From Heterodontus francisci (taxonomy: Eukaryota), in the NCBI RefSeq assembly GCF_036365525.1, contig NC_090372.1, positions 107,920,380 through 107,984,379 of the forward strand: a DNA stretch of 64,000 nt, written 5' to 3'. How positions within the stretch are numbered: position 1 is the first letter of the stretch; each line of letters starts with the position of its first letter. The notes under the pieces were generated by a model. That model had not been told where the DNA came from, searched no databases, and saw only the letters and a program-made list of their open reading frames with translations. This document shows, piece by piece, positions 39,445 through 52,699 of the stretch. A program made the translations under genes and the position numbers.

Positions 39445-41700
39445 CTGAGGCAGGGGTGGAGTCGGACAATGTAACAGAAGTGGAAACAGATGGATTTAGT
39501 GATGCTGTGAATATGTAGCCAGTAGCTCATCTCAAAGTCGAGTATGAACCAAGGTTGCAAACAATCTGGTTCAGCCAGTTGCCAGGGAGAGGGATGGAGT
39601 CGGTGACTAAGGAATGAAGACTGTGATGGGGACTAGAGACAATGGTTTCAATCTTCTCAATATTTAATTGGAGGAAATTTCTGCTCATCCAGTCCTGGAT
39701 ATCAGACAAACAGGCTGATGGTGTAGAAGCAGGAGGAGTTGGGAGAGGTGGTGGTGAGGTAGAGCTAGGTGTTGTCAATGTGCATGTGCAAACTGACATT
39801 CATTTTCAGATGATGATGCAAGGAGCAGCATGTAGATGAGAAATTGGGGGACCCCAACGATAAATCCTTGGGGGACAGCAGAGTGACGGTGCAGGAGCTG
39901 GAAGAAAAGTCATTACAGGCTAATCTGTGGCTATTATCAGATAAGAATGGAGCCAACCAACTGGAAGATGGTGGAGAGGCTTTGGAGGAAGATGGTGTGG
40001 CCAACAATGTCAAAGACTGCAGACAGGTCGAGGAAGATGGAGAGAGAAAGTTTACCTTTGTCATAGTCACATAGGATGTCGTTTGTAACTTTGATAAGAG
40101 CCATTACAGTACTGTGGCAGGTGCGGAAACATAATTAGAGGGATTCAGACGTACATTTCTGGGACAGATGGACATGGAATTGGAGGCACCAACACATTCA
40201 AGGACTTTGTAGAGGAAAGGGAGGTTGGAGATGCATGATAGATTTCAAGGACAGTGGCATCAAGGGTTTTTTGAGGTGTGGGGCCATGATGGTAGATTTG
40301 AAGGAGAGAGGGACAGTACCTGAAGAGGGAGACCCATTAACAGTCAGCTAACATGGGAACCAAGGACTAGGAAGGGAAGTTTAATGTTCAGAACTTTAGT
40401 GAGAATAGGGTCAGAGGAGCAAAGGGTGGGTCTCATGGTCTAGATGTGCTCGGAGAGGGCATGAAGGGAAATAGGAAAGAAACTAGAGAAAGACACGATT
40501 CCAGGGCTAGGGCGGGGGAATTTTTTTTTAGAGCTTTTTGTGGTTTGGTGGGTAAGGGGAAGGGAAGGAATTGGAAGAGGCAGCTGATCGGATGGCCTCA
40601 GTCTTAGTAACAGAGTCTATGAGCTTCTCACACTTGTGGTTGGAGGTGAGGTTGGAGGAGACGGAGAGGGGTTTAAGAAGACGGTTTGCAGTAAAGAGGC
40701 CCAAGATATCTTTGCATTCTAGGATGATCCTGGAATAGTGAGCAATTTTAGCAGATGAGAGCAGGACTCAATAGTGCTTTATGTGATCCAGCCAGATCTG
40801 ATGGTGAATGGTTAAATCAGTTGTCCTCCATATCCATTCAAGTTTGTGCCCCGGGACTTAAGGAAGTGGAGAACAGGGCCATACCTGGGGCAATGGCCAT
40901 GCTAAGAAGAAGTAGTGGTTTTAGTGGGGACTATGCGATCAAAGGTAAAGGTGAGGATGTGGTTATTGCCTCAGAAATGTTGTGCCAAAGGCTAGATATT
41001 TGGGACTTTGAAAGTGAGTTATCAGTGAATTGGGCGGAATCTTTTTCCAAGGGTGTACGTAGCAGGAAGTAGGGTTGAGACAGAGATGTTGGTGGAGAAA
41101 GATTCAAGAATGTGATCAGAGATGGCCTTATCTGTGATTGATATGATGGGAGTAGCAAGGCTACATGAGATGGTAAGGTCAAGACTGTGACCGTGAATAT
41201 GGGTTGGGGAGTTTACATCTGGAGAAAGATGAAGGGAGAATAAGAAAACAGAGGAAAGAGCTTGATGAGTTAAGATGAAGGTTGAAATTACCAAGGATGA
41301 GAAGGTGCTCGATGCAGAGGCTGATACAGGAAAGCAGGGAAGCTATCTCAGTGATAAAATTTTCATGGTACTTAGGGGTGGTAGAAAGTGAGATTTTTAA
41401 ATGAAAGGCGACAGGGATGGATCAAGGTCAAAGGAGGAGAAGGTACCAGAGGAGTATGGGGAAAGGCCAAGGTGTGATTTGGTGATGAGCCACCTCCCCA
41501 TCGTGATGATTTTGGGGCAAGTAGTGGAAGGGATAGCCAGGTGGGGAGGCTTCATTTAGGGGGAAGGTGTGATTACCCCTCATTCAGGTTTCTGGCAAAA
41601 CCATAATGTTGATGCAGTTATCCACAAAAAGCTCGTAGATGGCAAGGGCCTTATTCACAAGTGACTGGATATTCTAGAAGGAGATGTGGAGTGGAACGGT
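39445..41700 (-). mobile_element. Decayed L2-clade LINE
   Basis: ACLSDIQDWMSRNFLQLNIEKIE and THIHGHSLDLTIS...ISDH motifs; C/T-rich coding strand typical of L2. Confidence 0.75.
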
Positions 41701-43417
41701 GATAGCTGATCTGCTGGTAGAGTCCACAGGGAGGGGTGAGGTGCACTGGGAGGCAATTGACAAGATTAGCCCCCAGAAGACACACTGAGAGAGAAGGTTG
41801 GCGAGAGAGGATGGGCAGTTTTGGGTTGATGTGCATATTGAGGCAGTGCCAAGTGACTCGATGGGCCCTTGAAGGATGCCAACAGAGACACAGAGAGAAG
41901 CTGCATATAAGAGGAAGTCAAGCCTTGGGCAGCAACAGGAGAATAGGAAGTTCGAGGAGTACTGAAGGTTTGGGGTAGGGATTTGGGAGGGCTGAGTACC
42001 TGAGAAAGAAGAAATGAAAAGATGCATGATGACAAGAGAGAGGGTTCTAGGAGGCATAAAGAGAAAAGAAGTAAAAAAAAAGTAGAGAAAAATGTGGAAA
42101 TACAAGTGATGGACTTGGATCCAGAACAGCAACCAAAATGCGTACACGAATGGATACGGAAACTCAAGTTACTTAGGCCTGGTTACGCAACAATTTAAGA
42201 TATATAAAAAACTACTAGTAAACCAGGAATAGACTTGAGATAATAGGAGGGAGTCTAGAGTTAAAGTCAGAGGTCCCATGGTGGGATAAAGTTGACGTAG
42301 ATAGGGTGGAGTCAGCATGGAGTATCAACAAAATGTTGTCCAAGTTGAAAAGCTGGTGTAGTGAGCAAGTGAACTTCAGAAGCTGTTTGAGATCAGAATA
42401 TCAAAGGACATACTGATGGAGATGCTTCTGTGGGAATGAAGATCCAGGAGGAGTACAGAATTGGTTGTGTGGCAGAAAGATGACGGCAAAGTTGAAGGTC
42501 ACCATATGATCCAGAAGAGACAGAGAAGTCTTCTTCAGTCCAGGTGAGTCCCAGGCTTGGGAGGTGCTGTTGAAGAAGTTTTGGTGAGTTACTGCAGTGC
42601 ATCTTGTAGATGGTTCACACTGCAACCATGCCATACCTGTGCTGGAGCGATTGTTTAACTTGGTGGTTGGGATGCTGATCAAGCGGGTGCTTTGTCTTGG
42701 ATTGTTGCGATCTTCTTGAGTGTTATTGGAGATGCACCCATCCAGGCAAGTGCCTTGCAGACGATGGAAATGCTTTGGGGAGTCAGACGGTGAGTTAGAT
42801 GCCACAGAATAGCTGGCCTCTGACCTGCTCTTTTAGCCACTGTATTTATGTGGCTAGTCCAGTTATTTTTCTGCTCAATAGTGGCTCCTAGGATGTTGTG
42901 GGATTTGGTGATGTCAAGGGGAGATGATTAGACTTTCTCATGTTGGAAATGGTCATTACCTGGCACTCGTATGGTGCATGTGTTACTGACCACTTATCAT
43001 CCCACTCCTCGATACTGTTTGGATTTTGCTGTATTTGGACAGGGATTGCTTCACTATCTGAGAAATTGTGACTGGAGTTGAACACTACAGTCATCAGCGA
43101 CCATCACTGATTATGGAGGGAAGATCATTGATGGGACAGCTGAAGATGCTTGGGCCGAGGACACTGCCCTCGGGATCATCTGCAGCGATGTCCTGGGGAT
43201 GAGAAATTGGCCTCCAAAAACCAGAACTATCTTCCTTTGTGCTAGGTATGGCTCCAGCCAATGGAGAGGTTTTATTTCCCCCCCGATACCCATTGACTTA
43301 ATCTTTCATGAGCCTCCTTGGTGTGACACTCATTCAAATGTTACCTTGATATCACTTTTACCTCACCTCTGGAATTCTGCTCTTTTGTCCATGTTGGAAT
43401 CAAGGTTGGAAATAAGG

Positions 43418-43743
43418 TTTTTTTTTATTCAGAGATACATCACTGAAACAGGCCCTTCGGCCCACCGAGTCTGTGCCAACCATCAACATTCCTACATTCC
43501 TACCTCATCCCCACCTTCTCCATAGTCCCCTACCACCTACCTATACTAGGGGCAATTTATAATGGCCAATTTACTTATCAATCTGCAAGTCTTTGGCTGT
43601 GGGAGGAAACCAGAGCACCCGGTGAAAACCCACACGGTTCACAGGGAGAACTTGCAAACTCCACGCAGGCAGTACCCAGAATTGAACCCGGGTTGCTGGA
43701 GCTGTGAGGCTGCGGTGCTAACCACTGCGCCACTGTGCCGCCC
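43418..43743 (-). mobile_element. tRNA-derived SINE (HE1-like)
   Basis: Same family as the 11545 and 12971 copies; TSD AGGT. Confidence 0.88.
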
Positions 43744-44655
43744 AGGTCTGGACTTGAATAGTCCTGACGGAACCCAATCAGAGCATCGGTGAGCAGGTTG
43801 TTGGTGAGCTGCTAGATAGCACTGTCGATGACACTTGCTATCACTTTGCTGATGATCGAATGCAGGCAAATTACATGGTAATTGCCGGATCGGATTTGTC
43901 CTGCATTTTTGTGGACTGGGCAATTTTCCACTTTGTAGGGCAGATGCCAGTGTTGTAGCTGTACTGAAACAGCTTGGCTAGTGGTGTGGCTAGGTATGGA
44001 TCATCAGTCTTTGGCACTACAGCTGGGATATTGTCTGGACCCATAGCCTTTGCTGTATCTAGTGTACTCAGACAATTTTTGATGTCACAGATTGAATCAT
44101 ATTAGCTGAAAACTGCCATACGTGATATTGCAGACCCCAGGAGGAGGCCGAGATGGATCATGCACGCGTTGCTTCTGGCTGAAGATGGTTGCAAATGCTT
44201 CAGCCTTGTCTTTTGCACTGATGTGACAGATTCTGCCATCGTTGAGGATGAAGATATTTAAGGAGCTTCCTCCCATTAGTTGTTCAATTGTCCATCACCA
44301 TTCATGACTGAATGTGGCAGGATTGCAGAGCTTTGATCTGATACATTGATTGTGGGATCATTTAGCTGTCGATTGCATGTTGCTTCTGATGTTTAGCATG
44401 CCGGTTGTCCAGTGTTGTTCCTTGACCAGGTTAGCACCTCATTTTCAGGTATGCTTGGTGCTGCTCCCGGCAGGCTGTTCTACACTCCTCATTGAGTCAG
44501 GGTTGGTACCCCAGCTTGTTACTAATGGTAGAGTGAGGGATATGCTGGGCCATGAGGTTAGAGATTGATTGAATACAATTTTGCTACTGCTCAGTTTTGA
44601 GCTGCTAGATCTGTTTAGTCATTTAACTCATTGGCCACAATACAAAGAGGGTATT

Positions 44656-46342
44656 AGAATTAGAACATTACAGCGCAGTACAGGCCCTTCGGCCCTCGAT
44701 GTTGCGCCGACCTGTGAAACCATCTGACCTACACTATTCCATTTTCATCCATATGTCTATCCAATGACCACTTAAATGCCCTTAAAGTTGGCGAGTCTAC
44801 TACTGTTGCAGGCAGGGCGTTCCACGCCCCTACTACTCTCTGAGTAAAGAAACTACCTCTGACATCTGTCCTATATCTATCACCCCTCAACTTAAAGCTA
44901 TGTCCCCTCGTGTTTGCCATCACCATCCGAGGAAAAAGACTCTCACTATCCACCCTATCTAACCCTCTGATTATCTTATATGTCTCTATTAAGTCACCTC
45001 TCCTCCTCCTTCTCTCCAACGAAAACAACCTCAAGTCCCTCAGCCTTTCCTCGTAAGACCTTCCCTCCATACCAGGCAACATCCTAGTAAATCTCCTCTG
45101 CACCCTTTCCAAAGCTTCCACATCCTTCCTATAATGCGGTGACCAGAACTGCACGCAATACTCCAGGTGCGGTCTCACCAGAGTTTTGTACAGCTGCAGC
45201 ATGACCTCGTGGCTCCGAAACTCGATCCCCCTACTAATAAAAGCTAACACACCATATGCCTTCTTAACAGCCCTATTAACCTGGGTAGCAACTTTCAGGG
45301 ATTTATGTACCTGGACACCAAGATCTCTCTGTTCATCTACACTACCAAGAATCTTCCCATTAGCCCAGTACTCTGCATTCCTGTTACTCCTTCCAAAGTG
45401 AATCACCTCACACTTTTCCGCATTAAACTCCATTTGCCATCTCTCAGCCCAGCTCTGCAGCCTATCTATGTCCCTCTGTACCCTACAACATCCTTCGGCA
45501 CTATCCACAACTCCACCGACCTTCGTGTCATCCGCAAATTTACTAACCCACCCTTCTACACCCTCTTCCAGGTCATTTATAAAAATGACAAACAGCAGTG
45601 GCCCCAAAACACATCATTGCGGTACACCACTAGTAACTAAACTCCAGGATGAAGATTTGCCATCAACCACCACCCTCTGTCTTCTTTCAGCTAGCCAATT
45701 TCTGATCCAAAGCTCTAAATCACCTTCAACCCCATACTTCCGTATTTTCTGCAATAGCCTACCGTGGGGAACCTTATCAAACGCCTTACTGAAATCCATA
45801 TACGCTACATCCACGGCTTTACCCTCATCCACCTGTTTGGTCACCTTCTCGAAAAACTCAATAAGGTTTGTGAGGCACGACCTACCCTTCACAAAACCGT
45901 GCTGACTATCGCTAATGAACTTATTCTTTTCAAGATGATTATAAATCCTGTCTCTTATAACCTTTTCCAACATTTTACCCACAACCGAAGTAAGGCTCAC
46001 AGGTCTATAATTACCAGGGCTGTCTCTACTCCCCTTCTTGAACAAGGGGACGACATTTGCTATCCTCCAGTCTTCCGGCACTATTCCTGTCGACAATGAT
46101 GACATAAAGATCAAGGACAAAGGCTCTGCAATCTCCTCCCTAGCTTCCCAGAGAATCCTAGGATAAATCCCATCTGGCCCAGGGGACTTATCTATTTTCA
46201 CACTTTCCAAAATTGATAACACCTCCTCCTTGTGAACCTCAATCCCATCTAGCCTAGTAGTCTGAATCTCAGTATTCTCCTCGACAACATTTTCTTTCTC
46301 TACTGTAAATACTGACAAAAAACTTTCTCTACTGTAAATACT
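44656..46342 (-). mobile_element. Young 5'-truncated CR1 LINE
   Basis: RT ORFs 45614-46516 and 44729-45607 share a frame with one stop after GVPQ; (ttctaa)n tail. Confidence 0.95.
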
Positions 46343-46943
46343 ATCCTCACTGTGAAGACAGAACTTGGCCTCCAAAACATCTGTACAGTGGTCACTTCCT
46401 ACCAATATTATCATGGACAGATGCATCTGCAACAGGTAGATTGGTGAGGACAAGGTCAAGTTGGTTTTTGCCTCGTGTTGGTTCTTTTGGCACCTGCCAT
46501 AAACCCAGCCTGGCAACTTTGTCCTTCAGGACTGTTCCAGCTCTGTCAGTGTTGGTACCACCAAGCTACTCTTGGTGATAGATATTGAAGTCCCTCACCT
46601 AGAGTACATTCTATGCCCTTGTGCTTCTTCCAAATGGTGTTAAACATGGTGGAGTACTGATTCAAAGTGGTAGGTGATAATCAGGAGGAGGTTTCCTTGC
46701 CCATGCTTAATTTCATGCCATGGAACTTCACAAAGTCCAGACTGTACACCACTGCGCCACCGCTTCTGTTAGGTCATATACAGGGCTGGTGATGGAGGAG
46801 TTTGCAACGTTGGCTGCTATGATTTTCAAAATATGACAATTTCAGCTCTGACTAGACTGTGAGACAGCTTTCCCTACATTGAAACAACCCCCCAGATCAG
46901 GAGGACCACACAGGATTGATAGGGTTGGTTGAGTCTTTGCCTT

Positions 46944-49779
46944 AGAACAAAGAACAAACAAAGAACAAAGATAATTACAGCACAGGAACAGGCCCTTCGG
47001 CCCTCCAAGCCTGCGCCGATCCAGATCCTCTCTCTAAACATGTCGCCTATTTTCTAAGGTTCTGTATCTCTTTTCTTCCTGCCCATTCATGTATCTATCT
47101 AGATACATCTTAAAAGACTCCATCGTGCCCGCATCTACCACCTCCGCTGGCAATGCGTTCCAGGTGCCCACCACCCTCTGCGTAAAGAACTTTCCACGCA
47201 TATCCCCCCTAAACTTTTCCCCTTTCACTTTGAACTCGTGTCCTCTAGTAATTGAAACCCCCACTCTGGGAAAAAGCCTCTTGCTATCCACCCTGTCTAT
47301 ACCTCTCATGATTTTGTACACCTCAATCAGGTCCCCCCTCAACCTCCGTCTTTCTAATGAAAATAATCCTAATCTGCTCAACCTCTCTTCATAGCTAGCG
47401 CCCTCCATACCAGGCAACATCCTGGTGAACCTCCTCTGCACCCTCTCCAAAGCATCCACATCCTTTTGATAATGTGGCGACCAGAACTGTACGCAGTATT
47501 CCAAATGTGGCCGAACCAAAGTCCTATACAACTGTAACATGACCTGCCAACTCTTGTACTCAATGCCCCGTCCGATGAAGGAAAGCATGCCGTATGCCTT
47601 CTTGACCACTCTATTTACCTGCGTTGCCACCTTCAGGGAACAGTGGACCTGAACACCCAAATCTCTCTTGACATCAATTTTCCCCAGGACTTTTCCATTT
47701 ACTGTATAGTTCACTCTTGAATTGGATCTTCCAAAATGCATCACCTCGCATTTGCCCTGATTGAACTCCATCTGCCATTTCTCTGCCCAACTCTCCAGTC
47801 TATCTATATTCTGCTGTATTCTCTGACAGTCCCCTTCACTATCTGCTACTCCACCAATCTTAGTGTCGTCTGCAAATTTGCTAATCAGTCCACCTATACT
47901 TTCCTCCAAATCATTAATGTATATCACAAACAACAGTGGTCCCAGCACGGATCCCTGTGGAACACCACTGGTCACACGTCTCCATTTTGAGAAACTCCCT
48001 TCTACTGCTACTCTCTGTCTCCTGTTGCCCAGCCAGTTATTTATCCATCTAGCTAGTACACCTTGGACCCCAAGCGCCTTCACTTTCTCCATCAGCCTGC
48101 CATGGGGAACCTTATCAAACGCCTTACTGAAGTCCATGTATATGACATCGACAGCCCTTCCCTCATCAATCAACTTTGTCACTTCCTCAAAGAATTCTAT
48201 TAAGTTGGTAAGACATGACCTTCCCTGCACAAAACCATGTTGCCTATCACTGATGAGCCCATTTTCTTCCAAATGGGAATAGATCCTATCCCTCAGTATC
48301 TTCTCCAGCAGCTTCCCTACCACTGACGTCAGGCTCACCGGTCTATAATTACCTGGATTATCCCTGCTACCCTTCTTAAACAAGGGGACAACATTAGCAA
48401 TTCTCCAGTCCTCCGGGACCTCACCCATGTTTAAGGATGCTGCAAAGATATCTGTTAAGGCCCCAGCTATTTCCTCTCTCGCTTCCCTCAGTAACCTGGG
48501 ATAGATCCCATCCGGACCTGGGGACTTGTCCACCTTAATGCCCTTTAGAATACCCAACACTTCCTCCCTCCTTATGCCGACTTGACCTCGAGTAATCAAA
48601 CATCTGTTCCTAACCTCAACATCCGTCATGTCCCTCTCCTCGGTGAATACCGATGCAAAGTACTCGTTTAGAATCTCACCCATTTTCTCTGAGTCCAAGC
48701 ATAACATTCCTCCTTTGTCCTTTAGTGGGCCAATCCTTTCTCTAGTTACCCTCTTTCTCCTTATATATGAATAAAAGGCTTTGGGATTTTCCTTAACCCT
48801 GTTTGCTAAAGATATTTCATGACCCCTTTTAGCCCTCTTAATTCCTCATTTCAGATTGGTCCTACATTCCCGATATTCTTTCAAAGCTTCGTCTTTCATC
48901 AGCCGCCTAGACCTTATGTATGCTTCCTTTTTCCTCTTAGCTAGTCTCACAATTTCACCTGTCATCCATGGTTCCCTAATCTTGCCATTTCTATCCCTCA
49001 TTTTCACAGGAACATGTCTCTCCTGCACGCTAATCAACCTCTCTTTAAAAGCCTCCCACATATCACATGTGGATTTACCTTCAAACAGCTGCTCCCAATC
49101 TACATTTCCCAGCTCCTGCCGAATTTTGGTGTAGTTGGCCTTCCCCCAATTTAGCACTCTCCCTTTTGGACCACTCTCGTCTTTGTCCATGAGTATTTTA
49201 AAGCTTACGGAATTGTGATCACTATTCCCAAAGTAGTCCCCGACTGAAACTTCAACAACCTGGCCGGGCTCATTCCCCAACACCAGGTCCAGTATGGCCC
49301 CTTCCCGAGTTGGACTATTTACATACTGCTCTAGAAAACCCTCCTGGATGCTCCTTACAAATTCTGCTCCATCTGGACCTCTAACACTAAGCGAATCCCA
49401 GTCAATGTTGGGAAAATTAAAATCTCCTATCACCACCACCCTGTTGCTCCTACATCTTTCCATAATCTGTTTACATATTTGTACCTCTATCTCACGCTCG
49501 CTGTTGGGAGGCCTGTAGTACAGCCCCAACATTGTTACCGCACCCTTCCTATTTCTGAGTTCTGTCCATATTGCCTCACTGCTCGAGTCCTCCATAGTGC
49601 CCTCCTTCAGCACAGCTGTGATATCCTCTTTGACCAGTAATGCAACTCCTCCACCCCTTTTACCTCCCTCTCTATCCCGCCTGAAGCATCGATATCCTGG
49701 GATATTTAGTTGCCAATCATGCCCTTCCCTCAACCAAGTCTCAGTAATAGCAATAACATCATACTCCCAGGTACTAATC
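46944..49779 (-). mobile_element. Young CR1 LINE with nearly complete ORF2 (EN+RT)
   Basis: 295-aa and 557-aa ORFs in the same frame, separated by a single TGA at 48846; tgttctt-like repeat tail. Confidence 0.95.
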
Positions 49780-50654
49780 TGAATTCAGTGCCTCGGTCGA
49801 GGCTGATTGGTCCGTCCGATTTTATTCTTGTGATGTTTATTTCTAGCTGTTTGATTGGCTTGGTAGGTCATTTCAGATGGCAGTTTAGAGTCAGCTGTGC
49901 TGCTGTGGGGCCTGAGTCACTTTGAGGCCAGATTGCATAAGGAGCGCAGGTTTGTTCCCTAAAGGGCATTAATGAATCAGTTGGGTTTTTATGACAATCA
50001 ATAGCTTCATTGATACCATTACTGATGCCAGCTTTTGATTACAGATTTAGTCTTTTTTAACACTATCCTAATTCATAAAGTGTTATGGTGGGATTTTAAT
50101 TTAAAGATTATTAGTCCAGGCCTCTGCGTTGTTTGTCCAGAAACATAATCACAACACTAATGTAACCTATATGTAGTTATTTAAAAGAAAATGCATGGTT
50201 TTAAGAGAGACAAGAAGTTGATGGTGGTAATATCCAGTAACTTATAAACTCAACAGACAAATGAAATCTGATAAATTATCATATAATTTATATATATTGT
50301 CTATGACACAGTTCAGTGCAGCACAACATGGAAAAATAAGTTATGAGTTTCTACTTCAAATCCAATCTGTGCAAAAGGAAAATTGAACCCACTACTCACC
50401 TGGATGATTTAAATCTATTAATCAAACTGGCGTCAGGGATCATGAAGATAAAGTGACCACTCTTAGCCCTGAAAGACAAGCAGATAGGCTATAGTTTCCT
50501 CATTGGGCTATGCTGCACATGATGAAAGAGATGACATTAGGTTGAAGGACTAATTCAGTTCAGAGTATGCTGGGATACATTACTACAACTGGACATAAAA
50601 CTGGACCGTAAAAATACTGGAATTTTTAAAAAATGACCGAATTAATTTGAGAAT

Positions 50655-51390
50655 ATTGCTGAAAAAAGAGACATGCTAATGAAACTTTCCATCTTGCCCT
50701 CATCAGGGCAGGCACAAGAATGGCAAATTTCAAAGGGAGCAGCAATTTATACTGCATGAGAAAAGGGTGCTGATTGTTTGGCAAGTCGACTCTGGTCGAG
50801 GCATTGACATGGTGAATGCACCAGGGAACTATTGTCCTCCGCGCTTTTGTTTAATTCAGAAAAGGCGTATGTCCCAATGACTGGTGAATTGTATCAAACA
50901 ACATGTTCCTTCGGCTGTTCACAACAGGCAGAGTACTAACTGTACTCAACCAGCCCGTACTTGCAAAACTCAGAATACATTGTCTAACATTAGATGTGAT
51001 TCCGCGATTGGACAGCACGTACAGAAAAATCCTGAGTATGCTAAGAGTTTGCACTAACAACAAACTAAGAATTATCAGTCAGGCTCACAATGTGGCTTAT
51101 TTATTCTTGCTAGAAGCTACATATATTTATACGTAGGGACCTGTCCTCTCAAGGCAAAAGGAACATGGCCAGGCATTGCACCTTTTTTGAATTAAACAAG
51201 TATGATGGACAGTAGTTCCTTGCTGCATTCTGTATGGCAATGCCTCGACCAATTAGTGTGGACTTGCCAACCAATGAGCACCCTTTTCTCATGCAGGATA
51301 AATTGTTGCTCCCTTTGAAATTTGGCATTCTTGCATCTGTCCTGATGAGTGCAAGACGAAAAGCTTCGACAGCATGTCTTTTTCAGCAAT
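50655..51390 (+). mobile_element. Penelope-like element remnant: GIY-YIG C-terminus between inverted pseudo-LTRs
   Basis: About 210-bp diverged inverted repeats (50655-~50865 and ~51180-51390). The interior encodes frameshifted RCDSAIGQHV..NPEYAK and RIISQAHNVAYLFLLEATYIYT*GPVLSRQKEH, typical of the PLE endonuclease end. Hammerhead motif lies in the repeat. Confidence 0.8.
51337..51372 (+). ncRNA. Minimal type I hammerhead ribozyme motif in a Penelope-like terminal repeat
   Basis: CUGUC-CUGAUGA-GU(GCAAG)AC-GAAA-AGCU-UC/GACAG. Intact core boxes, perfect 5-bp stem I (CUGUC/GACAG), 2-bp stem II, palindromic stem III (AAGCUU), NUH triplet UUC. Confidence 0.8.
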
Positions 51391-51465
51391 GCCCAAGTTC
51401 TGTACTACCAAGTGACAATTTATTCGAACTTAAACCTCCATGATATTTATTTCGTTCTGTCCTAG

Positions 51466-51534
51466 TCGTGTCTGAAACAAAAGAACAAAGGAACTGTGGT
51501 TCAGAGGAGACTGAAATTGGAAACAGATGTAGAG
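51466..51534 (+). CDS. VWDE: VWDE small coding exon (probable exon 4), 69 bp, absent from the ORF track
   Basis: Acceptor ttctgtcctAG, donor AGAG|gtaagt. Phase 1-1 exon encoding (V)VSETKEQRNCGSEETEIGNRCR, similar to VWDE CGSDETETGGDCVR; preserves frame between the flanking exons. Confidence 0.88.
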
Positions 51535-51649
51535 GTAAGTGTCCACATAATTCATGTTATCATATCAGTAATATATATACATTCATTCTCATAACTTTGA
51601 ACCTGTCAGTTTATTTTAGTATTCAGAGCTAACATTACTTCAAGAGACT

Positions 51650-52324
51650 GGAAGTTAAATTGGCTTACCCCCAAAAATGAGTGGGGGTTAGCAGCACATG
51701 ATTAACCTGCTCTCATGCGTTGTATTGCAGGCAGCACATTGAATTTGTGCAACCTGTGGTTTCAATGTTTGCTGTGTGCAGCCAGTGTTACCACACAGTT
51801 AATTGGCTGCACACATCAGCAGAGAGCCCAGTATTGCGAGTGGCTAGTACTACTTGCAGGCAGCCTGTTCTTCTTAAAGGGGAGGTGCATTGTGGCTGCA
51901 AAAAGTGGGGGGATTTTTTTGAAACGTGAATCTGTGCTGCAACAGGTCAAAGAATAACTGATCATGTGACAGCATGTGCATCAGTGTTTTCTTAAAGTGC
52001 ACTGAAACTCTTGGTGCAAGATGTGGAGAGAAGGAGAGACATCCTGAGCAGCAAGGGGGCAAGTGGCCCTTCAGAAATGTGTTCAGGAGACGGTAGGGAA
52101 AAGTAGCTGTGGAGGTCAATGACAGGAGTGTTGTTCTAAAAACATGGATGCAGTGCAGCACGAAGTTTAGTGATCTCACATGAGTTGACAAGGTGATTGA
52201 GTTAATCTCCAAATGATGTTCCTGCACACTTCCCATCAGAAGTGTTGCCTGTGCAACTTGGGCCCCACTTTCAAGTGTTAGGTGCCACCCTAAAAATGGG
52301 CATTACAGAGCCCAATTTAACCCC
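51650..52324 (+). mobile_element. Harbinger-derived TIR element with a Myb/SANT-like fragment
   Basis: TIR ggaagttaaattgg / ccaatttaacccc; fragment KVAVEVNDRSVVLKTWMQCSTKFSDL. Confidence 0.6.
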
Positions 52325-52699
52325 AAATCTAAATCAGTTAAATTAAATTAAATCAAATTTATTTGATTAGCGACTGCCAATATTTACTGCCTGTAAACTA
52401 CTTTGTTTAATTATTTACACATCTGATTTTCATAATACAATGACATTAAAATTATTTTCTCTGTGTTTATGTATTAATATTCTTTTATATTTTCACCAGT
52501 TGTATCCTTTTCTTCCCATTCCTGAGCTTTTTGAGGATAATTTAAATTGTTATTTGTGGGCAAAATGGGGGAAAAGAAGATCAGATGAAATATAAATCGG
52601 GCTGCCAATTAACTATCACCCATTTTTCGCCTTTGGATAAAAGTCAGAATTAACCCCTCTGATTCCTTGTGATTCTTGTAGATTTATTATATTCTTTTG

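Larger units (their letters stand above)
42545..50160 (-). mobile_element. Older copy related to the tRNA-headed LINE, fragmented by a SINE and two CR1s; head at ~49880-50160
   Basis: Segments are the reverse complement of 23745-27018 in order (3' part 42545-44655, endonuclease 46343-46940, head beyond 49779). Confidence 0.75.

Noticed and set aside
50676-50711. Minus-strand hammerhead in the left pseudo-LTR
   Set aside because: Core is mutated (GGAA) and stems I and II are disrupted; predicted inactive.
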